In this document: piece by piece, positions 34,724 to 42,011 of the stretch
Layout: every line of letters begins with the position of its first letter
Numbering within the stretch: position 1 is the first letter of the stretch
Assembly: GCA_964550955.1 (NCBI GenBank)
Contig: CAZKAF010000001.1
Location: 459,920-501,930 of the forward strand
DNA: 42,011 bases
Reading direction: 5' to 3'
Origin: an uncultured Candidatus Saccharibacteria bacterium
Lineage (GTDB): Bacteria; Patescibacteriota; Minisyncoccia; Phycocordibacterales; CAIZLB01
Made by a program: the position numbers and the translations under genes
The notes under the pieces: generated by a model
What the model was told of the DNA's origin: nothing
Database searches by the model: none
Seen by the model: the letters and a program-made list of their open reading frames with translations, nothing else

Positions 34724-35383
34724 TTAATTCTTGCTTGCGAGATCGAATGAGAACTGGATTCGCACGTCCTTGTTTATGCCGACATACTTGAACTTGAACG
34801 GAGTCGTGTCAAGAAGGAAATCTGAGCTGAACGAAAGCGGAGCGGTTCGCCTCACCGGAAATGAGATGTCCTTGCTGTTCCCGTTGAACGCAAGAGTGCC
34901 GGTTACGGCGTAGACGCCGGCAGCTTCGACCGCATTCTTGTATGTGAAAGTGATTTCGGGATACCTCGCGCAATTGAAGAAATTGTCGGAACAAAGGTCC
35001 TTGTCGAGTCCGGCGATGCCGGTTGAAACCGTATCGACCTTAAGCGCGACCCTTCCCGAAGCAGGAAGGCCGTCTGAGCCGGTCACGACGTCGCTTGCAG
35101 CAATGCTGGCAAACGTTCCCTCATGCTCCTTGCCGCCCGGTCCGTATCCCGTGAACGAAAATTTTATGTTTTCAGCGACGAAGCTTGAATCAGCGGTTGT
35201 CTGCGATGAGCCCGCAGAATCGCCGGATGCCAAGGAAGAAGACGCCGTGCCGTTCGCGCCCGATGAATCATCCGCGACTACCGCCCTGTCAACGCCCTCG
35301 GGCACGACCGAGGTCTGCGTTAGGAAATAATATCCGCCGCCGATGACAGCGACCAATGCAACAATTCCGATTAAGTATTTCAT
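34724..35383 (-). CDS. YceI-family (polyisoprenoid-binding) protein, membrane anchored
   Basis: ATG 35383 gives MKYLIGIVALVAVIGGGYYFL. YceI-like motifs: ...SDNFFNCARYPEITFTYKN...YAVTGTLAFNGNSKDISFPV. Confidence 0.85.
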   Translation of the reverse strand: MKYLIGIVALVAVIGGGYYFLTQTSVVPEGVDRAVVADDSSGANGTASSSLASGDSAGSSQTTADSSFVAENIKFSFTGYGPGGKEHEGTFASIAASDVVTGSDGLPASGRVALKVDTVSTGIAGLDKDLCSDNFFNCARYPEITFTYKNAVEAAGVYAVTGTLAFNGNSKDISFPVRRTAPLSFSSDFLLDTTPFKFKYVGINKDVRIQFSFDLASKN

Positions 35384-35455
35384 ATATTTTAGTATTCTAA
35401 TTTTATAATCTGATAGCCTGATAAAAAGCACCGGGCGGGCATCGGGGCGGGCCCC

Positions 35456-36382
35456 TTAAACTCTGAGGTACTTTCTGACCGCGAGATAGCTCGAAATGGC
35501 GCCGAGCACCATGCCGAGGCCGACGATGACCCCGAAGATGGCTGGGAAATTGGCGACATAATGAGAGAAGAGGTTCAAGCCGGTTCCGACATTTGCCGTG
35601 ATGGGCCCGACCCAGTACGTGACCGGATACAGGATGAGAAGCGTGAGGATGCCCGATACGAATCCGTACATGATGCCGACCGTGACGAACGGACCGCGGA
35701 TGTACATTTCGCTCGCGCCCACGAGCCTCATGACTGATATTTCCTCTCGGAAGATGTAGATGGCAAGCCGCACCGTGTTAAACGTGATGAGAATCGACAC
35801 GAGCACGAAGAATACGATAGTGACCGTTCCCAGGCTGTTCGTAGCCGTGATGATCCTGTTCAAGGCCTCGATGGCCTCCTTGTTCTTCGCGTAGTTGATT
35901 CTTTCTATGATGGTCTCGCCGGCCGGATTGTTATCCCGGGAATCTTCCAGGAATTTTACGATGGCTTCGTACTGGGAAGGATCTTTGGCCTTCACGTTCA
36001 GGCTCGCGCCGAGCGGGTTATAGTCGAGCTCGTTGAGCGCCTGAAGGGTGAGCTCGTCGTCCTTGTGCCGTTCCCTGAAGTCCGCGAGGGCCTGGTCGCT
36101 GGTGACGGACTCTATCCTGTCAACCTGCGGAAGGTCGCCAAGCGACTTTGACAAGGATTCGATGTCGGCGGAAGTGGCATTTCTCGCGAAGTAAATGTTG
36201 ATGTCGACTTTGTCCTCGATATTGCTGAGCGTCGAGTTCAGAAGCGCCCCGACGAACATGATGGAAGCGACGACCATCAGCGTCACCGTCATGATGAGCA
36301 CGGATGCGAGAGAGACGTATCCGTTTCTCCAGAAACTTACAAAACCGGCCCTGAGCGTTCTTCGTATTTTTGTCCAGATCAT
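35456..36382 (-). CDS. ftsX: cell division permease-like protein FtsX
   Basis: MIWTKIRRTLRAGFVSFWRNGYVSLASVLIMTVTLMV. Large extracytoplasmic loop and three C-terminal TMs. It lies immediately downstream of ftsE. Confidence 0.9.
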   Translation of the reverse strand: MIWTKIRRTLRAGFVSFWRNGYVSLASVLIMTVTLMVVASIMFVGALLNSTLSNIEDKVDINIYFARNATSADIESLSKSLGDLPQVDRIESVTSDQALADFRERHKDDELTLQALNELDYNPLGASLNVKAKDPSQYEAIVKFLEDSRDNNPAGETIIERINYAKNKEAIEALNRIITATNSLGTVTIVFFVLVSILITFNTVRLAIYIFREEISVMRLVGASEMYIRGPFVTVGIMYGFVSGILTLLILYPVTYWVGPITANVGTGLNLFSHYVANFPAIFGVIVGLGMVLGAISSYLAVRKYLRV

Positions 36383-36383
36383 A

Positions 36384-37112
36384 TTATTTTTTCTTTGATG
36401 TTACTGACTGATAGCTTGAGTCGTGACCGGACCCCATGTGATGCTCCGGCGAGCCGCTGTCATGGACGATCTTCCCTCCCTGCATGGTAATGACCCGCTT
36501 GTCGAGATGCTCCACGATGCCGGTGTTATGAGTCGTGAGGAGAATGGTCGTTCCGAGATCGTTGATCTTTTTCAGGATCTGGATGATGTCGTACGTGTTG
36601 ACGGGGTCGAGATTTCCGGTCGGCTCGTCGGCGATGATGATGTCTGGCTGATTCACGATGGCTCGCGCGATGGCCACGCGCTGCTTCTCTCCGCCCGAGA
36701 GCTCATGCGGGAAGCTGTGAAGCTTTCGGCCGAGGTCCACGAGCTCAAGCACGTGGGGCACGTCGGACGCTATCTCCTCGTCAGTCCGGCCGGCAGCTTC
36801 CATGGCGAACGCGACGTTTTCATACGCCGTCTTTCCGGGAAGCAGGCGGAAGTCCTGGAAGATGGTGCCGATTCTCCTTCGATAGTCGTTGATGTCGGCC
36901 TTGCCCAGCGAATGGATGTCTATCTTTTCAAAGCTTACCACGCCGTGCGACGGCTTCTCTTCCGCCAAAACCATTTTCAGAAGCGTTGTTTTTCCCGCGC
37001 CCGAATGACCTACGATAGACACGAACTCTTTTGGTTTGATAAGGATTGATACATTGTCGAGAGCCACCGACTCGTCTTTGTATTTTTTAGAAACTTTGTC
37101 TAAATGAAGCAT
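36384..37112 (-). CDS. ftsE: cell division ATP-binding protein FtsE
   Basis: ATG 37112 gives MLHLDKVSKKY... Motifs: [54 protein letters not shown]. Confidence 0.92.
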   Translation of the reverse strand: MLHLDKVSKKYKDESVALDNVSILIKPKEFVSIVGHSGAGKTTLLKMVLAEEKPSHGVVSFEKIDIHSLGKADINDYRRRIGTIFQDFRLLPGKTAYENVAFAMEAAGRTDEEIASDVPHVLELVDLGRKLHSFPHELSGGEKQRVAIARAIVNQPDIIIADEPTGNLDPVNTYDIIQILKKINDLGTTILLTTHNTGIVEHLDKRVITMQGGKIVHDSGSPEHHMGSGHDSSYQSVTSKKK

Positions 37113-37229
37113 GGATTGATTATAGCAAAAAGCGGAGAATAAGAACAATGCATATTCATGAAGAAACGAGAGCCGGAAGCGGCGGCGGAAGCGAGGATGC
37201 GCGGCGAATGAAGGCGCAATCCTTCCGAA

Positions 37230-38204
37230 TTAGAGATTCTTTTCAGCTTCGATGAAATCGTCCATGTGCCCGTCGAATACTTTTTCCACCTGGCTGGTCT
37301 CATGCCCGGTCCGGTGATCCTTGACCATCTTGTACGGATGCATGACATACGAGCGAATCTGATTTCCCCATTCGATGTCCGTCGTCTTGCTTATGTACAT
37401 CCCTTTTTCCCTCGCGACTCTCTCTTCCTCCATTCGCGTGAAGAGCTTTCCTTTCAGGATGGCAAGCGCCTTCTCCTTGTTCTGCGCCTGCGCTCGCTCG
37501 CTCGTGACATGCACCGAGAGCTTCGTCGGCTTATGAACGATTCTGACCGCGGTCTCCCTCTTGTTCACGTTCTGTCCGCCGGGACCGCCCGACTTGGCGA
37601 AGCTGATGTCCAGGTCGTCATCGGGAATGTCGAGCTCTATATTCTTGTCGAACTTCGGAATGACTTCCACCATCGAAAACGACGTATGGCGCAGCTGCTT
37701 TGAGTTGAACGGAGAAAGGCGGACAAGCCGGTGAACGCCGGACTCGTGCTTCAGGATTCCGAAAACGCCCCTTCCGATGATTTCAAAAGTGATGTTCCTG
37801 AATCCGCCCCTGTCGTTTGCATGATCGTGCAGGATTGATGCGACCCAGCCCTTGCGCGCGATGTACTTCGAATACATCTCAAAAAGGATGCGCGAGAAAT
37901 CTTCGGCATCATCGCCTCCAGCTCCGGAGAAAATAGTGACAACGGCACCGAGCGCGTCATAAGGACCAGCGCCCGCAGGCGCTCCGTTTTTCAAGTCATT
38001 GTATTCCTTGAGCAGTGCCTGCGCCTTGTCCTTGTCATTCCAGAAATCGGCCTCTGACATCATGGATTCGATTTCCAAGATGCGCTCGGCATGAGGATTT
38101 GCCGCATTGGCGGACAAGTCCGCATCGGAAGGGACGGCGGGCGGCGGAAGCGGCTTAGGACTTTTGCCTGCCGCGTCTGTCGGATTTTGATCGGCTGAAC
38201 TCAT
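37230..38204 (-). CDS. prfB: peptide chain release factor 2 (single ORF, shortened domain 1)
   Basis: SPF motif (RLSPFNSK), which is RF2-specific. GGQ motif (SGGPGGQNVNK). GVHRLVR. No in-frame UGA or frameshift site. Confidence 0.92.
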   Translation of the reverse strand: MSSADQNPTDAAGKSPKPLPPPAVPSDADLSANAANPHAERILEIESMMSEADFWNDKDKAQALLKEYNDLKNGAPAGAGPYDALGAVVTIFSGAGGDDAEDFSRILFEMYSKYIARKGWVASILHDHANDRGGFRNITFEIIGRGVFGILKHESGVHRLVRLSPFNSKQLRHTSFSMVEVIPKFDKNIELDIPDDDLDISFAKSGGPGGQNVNKRETAVRIVHKPTKLSVHVTSERAQAQNKEKALAILKGKLFTRMEEERVAREKGMYISKTTDIEWGNQIRSYVMHPYKMVKDHRTGHETSQVEKVFDGHMDDFIEAEKNL

Positions 38205-38256
38205 GATTAATGCCTAGTATATGTTCTATCTGCCAAAAATGCACGCCCGGGACAGC

Positions 38257-38293
38257 AAAAGCGCATGCCTGATTCAATGCGAGCATGCGCTTT
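38257..38293 (-). terminator. terminator after the acidic coiled-coil ORF
   Basis: AAAAGCGCATGC (38257-38268) pairs with GCATGCGCTTT (38283-38293). On the minus strand the stem is followed by TTTTGC. Confidence 0.6.
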
Positions 38294-38298
38294 CAGCC

Positions 38299-38532
38299 TT
38301 ATGAGTCCAGCTTGTCCCGTTCCTCATCTATCTTGCTTTTTCTCTCTTCATCTTCTTCTTCCTGTTCCGCCTCCTCGGCTTCCCTTTCCTCTTTCTCGGC
38401 CGCTATCCGAGCCTCTTCGGCCTCAAGCTCCTTTTGTCGTTCTTCTTTCAGCCTTTCGATTTCCGCCTGCGCGGCAGCGTCGCGATCGGCCTTTTCTTTT
38501 TCCATCTTCTCTATTTCATCTGATGTAGTCAT
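38299..38532 (-). CDS. highly charged Glu/Lys/Ala coiled-coil hypothetical protein
   Basis: The ORF extends to 38562 (TTG). ATG 38532 gives MTTSDEIEKMEKEKADRDAAAQAEIERLKEERQKELEAEE... The sequence is low complexity, so coding status is moderate. Confidence 0.5.
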   Translation of the reverse strand: MTTSDEIEKMEKEKADRDAAAQAEIERLKEERQKELEAEEARIAAEKEEREAEEAEQEEEDEERKSKIDEERDKLDS

Positions 38533-38651
38533 GTGATTTTGGTTATATTTATAAAATGCCAAGAAATCTTCTCATGCTACTTGTGTAGCATACTTAAAGA
38601 CGCTTGATGCCGGGAAAGCTTACTCGCCCTCACGCGTGGCAATATCAGCAT

Positions 38652-38659
38652 GGTATAAT
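38652..38659 (+). promoter_or_regulatory. extended -10 box (TGGTATAAT), possible leaderless transcript
   Basis: TATAAT at 38654-38659 is preceded by TGG. It ends 6 nt before ATG 38666. Confidence 0.35.
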
Positions 38660-38665
38660 GACGGC

Positions 38666-39799
38666 ATGAAACCAATCCTTGCATTGATAGGAATGGCAGT
38701 CGCGGTCTGCCTTGCTATATTTTTTATTGAGAAATCGTATCAGAAGCCGGCGGTGCAGGCCACCAGAGCCAATGAGAATTTCAAGAATGCATCAACTTCG
38801 ACAGGAGCCTTTGCCGTCGCGACGGGCCTGAACATTCCATGGGATATCGCATTCCTGGAAAATGGCAGCATGCTCGTGACGGAACGAACGGGACAGCTCA
38901 TCCTCATCGCGTCCGACGGAACCAAGAGAGAAATCCGGGTTCCGAATATCCGAGTGCGAGGCGAAGGAGGGCTTCTGGGCATCGCCCTTCACCCTGACTT
39001 TGCGACCAATCGTCTCTTGTATTTGTACATGGGCGCGGAAACTGCCGGCGGCGGGAGCGAAAATCGAGTGGTGCGATACAAATTTGAAGAGAACGCCGAC
39101 GCGCCAAAACTCATTGAAGACAAGGCAATCATCAGCGGCATTCCGGGGGCCATCTACCATGACGGCGGACGAATGGAATTCGGACCGGACAAGCTGCTTT
39201 ACATCGCGACAGGCGATGCTACCGACGAAAAAATCGCTCAAGACCTCGGATCCCTCGGCGGAAAAATATTGCGCCTGAATGAAGACGGGTCAATTCCCTC
39301 AGGCAATCCTTTCGGCACCGCCGTTTATTCATACGGACATAGAAATCCGCAGGGACTGGCATGGGATTCTGCCGGCAGGCTCTGGTCAACCGAGCACGGG
39401 CGCTCCGGACTGCGGTCCGGCTTGGACGAAATCAACCTCATAGAGGCCGGCAGCAACTACGGCTGGCCGGTCATGCAGGGCAATGAGACACGGGCCGGCA
39501 TGCTCGCGCCGGCGCTTCATTCCGGAGCATCGGACACATGGGCGCCGGCCAGCGCGGCCATAGTCGGAAACAGCCTGTTCTTCGGCGGACTCCTCGGAGA
39601 AGCCTTATACGAAGCGGCGCTCGATGGCGAGAGAGTCAGCGAACTCAAGGCCCACTTCAAGGGAACGTACGGGCGAATACGCACGGTCCGCGTCGGGCCT
39701 GACGGCATGCTCTACCTGACAACAAGCAACAAGGACGGTCGCGGCAGTCCCGCAAGCGACGATGATAAAATCCTCAGGGTAGATCCGAGAGGCCTTTAA
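38666..39799 (+). CDS. PQQ-dependent sugar (glucose/sorbosone) dehydrogenase family protein
   Basis: ATG 38666 gives MKPILALIGMAVAVCLAIFF (anchor/signal). Motifs: GLNIPWDIAFL, GLLGIALHPDF, YSYGHRNPQGLAWD. Confidence 0.88.
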   Translation: MKPILALIGMAVAVCLAIFFIEKSYQKPAVQATRANENFKNASTSTGAFAVATGLNIPWDIAFLENGSMLVTERTGQLILIASDGTKREIRVPNIRVRGEGGLLGIALHPDFATNRLLYLYMGAETAGGGSENRVVRYKFEENADAPKLIEDKAIISGIPGAIYHDGGRMEFGPDKLLYIATGDATDEKIAQDLGSLGGKILRLNEDGSIPSGNPFGTAVYSYGHRNPQGLAWDSAGRLWSTEHGRSGLRSGLDEINLIEAGSNYGWPVMQGNETRAGMLAPALHSGASDTWAPASAAIVGNSLFFGGLLGEALYEAALDGERVSELKAHFKGTYGRIRTVRVGPDGMLYLTTSNKDGRGSPASDDDKILRVDPRGL

Positions 39800-39830
39800 G
39801 GAGAGGCGCTTCCTGCCCACCGGTTCCCTT

Positions 39831-40289
39831 TCAAGCCCTCGGAACGTCGGCGTCCTTGATCATCTCAAGCAATTTGACCGGAGATTCGGATACGTAATTG
39901 CCATCGAAACGAGCTTTGACGGCCCGCTTCATCTCATTGTCCCAGTCCGCATCAATCAGGCTTTTCATTTCGAGCGGAGCATACAGATACACCGATGCGA
40001 TGCCGCCTTGCGCCAAAGCCTCCTTCACCTTGCCCGCTATCAATTTCGAAAAATCTTTCTGAGCCTCTCCCTTTTTCAATTCCAGCACGGACCCATAGCC
40101 GGCACCTCCGGGAGCTCCGCCCCTGAACATTCCCTCATTGTCGGAATATACGGGAGTATCGACTCTGATATCGTCCGCCTGATTAATCTCGTCGCCTTTC
40201 AATTCATGGAGAATTCCGCGATGGCTTCCCATGACGACAAGCAATGCGTTCCCGATGCCGAGTCTTGATATTTCGTCTCGAATTTTCAT
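39831..40289 (-). CDS. hypothetical protein (weak resemblance to host-attachment/baeRF-like proteins)
   Basis: 152-aa ORF with good coding look. ...VYLYAPLEMKSLI... is reminiscent of that family, but I cannot verify it. Confidence 0.55.
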   Translation of the reverse strand: MKIRDEISRLGIGNALLVVMGSHRGILHELKGDEINQADDIRVDTPVYSDNEGMFRGGAPGGAGYGSVLELKKGEAQKDFSKLIAGKVKEALAQGGIASVYLYAPLEMKSLIDADWDNEMKRAVKARFDGNYVSESPVKLLEMIKDADVPRA

Positions 40290-40360
40290 GATTTGCGATT
40301 GTTATAAGCTGATAAGCCTATTTTAAGACGACCGCAAGTCATTTTCATGACCGATTGAGA

Positions 40361-41149
40361 TTATTCCATGTCGCCGAACACTTCTTCATGAGGCACTATT
40401 TCGGACGAAGTGGTGGACATTTTCGCGCCGTCCCATTTCATGCATACATATATGTAATCGCTCTCGGGATTTCCAAAATCAAGGACGTCTTGCGAGCAAG
40501 AATCAGTCAGGAGATACGTGCCGTCAGGCTGGAGCGCATGCGTCGTTATCGTGAAAATGTCGCCAAGACCTCGGCCTTTCGCGCTCGAGACTATCGTGTG
40601 GGAAGCGGGGTCAAAATAAGGGCTGACCAAGTCAGAGAGCGTGTCTGACTTTTCATACGCGCCGATGTCGGAATTAAATATATAATATGTATAGCCGCAT
40701 TGATACGCTCCGCACATGGTCTTGAGTTCCATGTCCCTGTATCCGTCCCTTGTAATGTCCTGAAAGGACACCCGCTGGTCCTTGACCATGCAATCAAATG
40801 AGCCCGTCGCATCGTCTTCGAACATGTCTCCGCAAGCCAAGGAAGCGACTTCTTTCCCATCCTTGGTCACTACGATTTTCTCAGGATGCAGCGTCAGAAC
40901 GGCATCCTTTGCATTTCCTTCAATGGAGAAGGAGCAGCTTGTTGTGGATACGCCGCTCCAGTCAATGTTCGGGATGCCCGATTCATCCAGCTGGCAGTCT
41001 CGAACTGCCGCCGTGGCGTCTCCGACCGTCGAAGGCGACTCCGCCGTCTTGAAGGACATGATAGTGACCGCAAGCAAAACGACCAGGCAGGCGATGAACA
41101 ATATTTTCATCGTTCCGGTCAACCGAGAAGGCTTAGCTGATTCTTCCAT
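40361..41149 (-). CDS. membrane-anchored/secreted hypothetical protein
   Basis: N-terminal TM MKILFIACLVVLLAVTIMS (alternative start 41110). Cys-containing extracytoplasmic domain. No family recognised. Confidence 0.65.
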   Translation of the reverse strand: MEESAKPSRLTGTMKILFIACLVVLLAVTIMSFKTAESPSTVGDATAAVRDCQLDESGIPNIDWSGVSTTSCSFSIEGNAKDAVLTLHPEKIVVTKDGKEVASLACGDMFEDDATGSFDCMVKDQRVSFQDITRDGYRDMELKTMCGAYQCGYTYYIFNSDIGAYEKSDTLSDLVSPYFDPASHTIVSSAKGRGLGDIFTITTHALQPDGTYLLTDSCSQDVLDFGNPESDYIYVCMKWDGAKMSTTSSEIVPHEEVFGDME

Positions 41150-41416
41150 GGCTTAAGTATAGCAGCCCAGGCTCTTCTTTCACAGCTCTCTCAGCTCCAG
41201 CTTACCACCAACCGCCCAATACGGCAGCCTGCGGGTGTTCGCATCAGACGAAATCGGCCGCATGCAGCGGCGGCATGCCTCCTATTTCCCCACCCAATGA
41301 ATGACTCTGCGCTCAAGCAAAGCAAACAGCTTGTTTAGCGCACGGCCCGGCGCTTTCTTGAAAACTGTTTAGGCGACGCGAGAAGGCTCGCGGAAATCAA
41401 AAAACCTGACCAAGAC

Positions 41417-41450
41417 AAAAGCAGCGCCTCTTTTCAGAAGCGCTGCTTTT
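41417..41450. terminator. bidirectional rho-independent terminator downstream of the RRM gene
   Basis: AAAAGCAGCGC pairs with GCGCTGCTTTT around a 12-nt loop. There are T-tracts on both strands. Confidence 0.7.
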
Positions 41451-41492
41451 GTTTGACGTTTCCCCTTGCGGGGAGCGCAGAGCTACTAAGGA

Positions 41493-41828
41493 TTAGTAGC
41501 TATTTCGTCGGAAACCTCGGTCTCCACCTCGGTCACCTCCTCTATCGCCGCCTCGGTCGAAATCTCGTCGAGGGGGCCTGTCTGTCATAGGTCGAGCCTC
41601 GTTTACAACGAGAACTCTTCCGTCGAGCTCTTTCTCATTCCACATGTCGATAGCAGCCTGTGCAGCTTCATCGGCAATTTCCACGAAACCGAAGCCTCGT
41701 GATCGGCCGGTAGTCTTTTCAGTCATTACTGTAGCTGAAATAACTTCGCCTGCCTGAGAAAAAGCGTCCTTAAGGCTGTCAGAAGTCGTCGCCCATGCGA
41801 GATTTCCAACATACAATTTGATTGCCAT
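41493..41828 (-). CDS. RRM-type RNA-binding protein with RGG/GDR repeat tail
   Basis: RNP2 LYVGNL. RNP1 RGFGFVEI. C-terminal DRGGDRGGDRGGDRGFRR. Confidence 0.92.
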   Translation of the reverse strand: MAIKLYVGNLAWATTSDSLKDAFSQAGEVISATVMTEKTTGRSRGFGFVEIADEAAQAAIDMWNEKELDGRVLVVNEARPMTDRPPRRDFDRGGDRGGDRGGDRGFRRNSY

Positions 41829-42011
41829 TTAGGTACTTTTTTTGCGTTTGATATAAATTATCCATAGCCGACCCTCTTATGCCCAGCGACCGCAAACGCG
41901 TACCTTTGGCTCCGAGAACTACGAATAGGACCATAGTACCATGAAACCAAAATAGCGCAATCAAGCGGCGCGGAAGCGGCGATGCGGTTCGCAGCCCCGG
42001 AAACCCCGTCC

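Noticed and set aside
36423-37049. 208-aa + strand ORF
   Set aside because: It is antisense to ftsE.
38205-38298. Upstream short ORF or frameshift site for prfB
   Set aside because: The region contains only a terminator hairpin for the upstream gene. No CUU-UGA-type site or in-frame leader ORF was found.

Overview
Gene-dense bacterial chromosome segment. By eye it is roughly mid-50s % GC (not computed). It uses the standard code: TGA is used as a stop and RF2 is present. The gene content looks like a reduced, CPR/Patescibacteria-like genome, with many small membrane-anchored hypotheticals, a shortened RF2 and an RRM/RGG RNA-binding protein. That placement is inference only.

Core genes:
- Regulation: two OmpR-type two-component pairs.
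- Protein folding and envelope: cyclophilin, META-domain protein, LapA-like protein, YceI.
- DNA, ribosome and translation: ogt, rsgA, prfB.
- Small-molecule and stress proteins: SRPBCC/VOC cluster, a NUDIX-like/HIT/DUF1653 trio, PQQ sugar dehydrogenase.
- Nucleotide synthesis: single-chain purL, pyrG.
- Transport and division: MacAB-type ABC exporter with adaptor, ftsEX.

The main anomaly is a visibly AT-rich accessory region (high-30s % GC by eye) from about 12.8 to 21.3 kb. It starts exactly at the 3' end of a tRNA-Gln(CUG) gene.

Module 1 (12793-19719) is bounded by a perfect 20-bp direct repeat of the tRNA 3' end. It carries:
- an atypical SDR-like protein;
- a large serine recombinase;
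- a translationally coupled AAA+ ATPase plus cytoplasmic S8 (subtilisin-like) protease operon, matching the IetAS defence-system architecture;
- two tandem paralogous small DNA-binding-like proteins;
- a ~290-nt GC-richer non-coding segment.

Part of that non-coding segment recurs at 25.6 kb with compensatory stem changes, so it is a candidate structured RNA or repeat element.

Module 2 (19720-21304) has a P-loop kinase-like gene and a polytopic membrane protein. It ends at a degenerate tRNA 3'-end-like remnant.

No CRISPR array, rRNA or transposase was seen.
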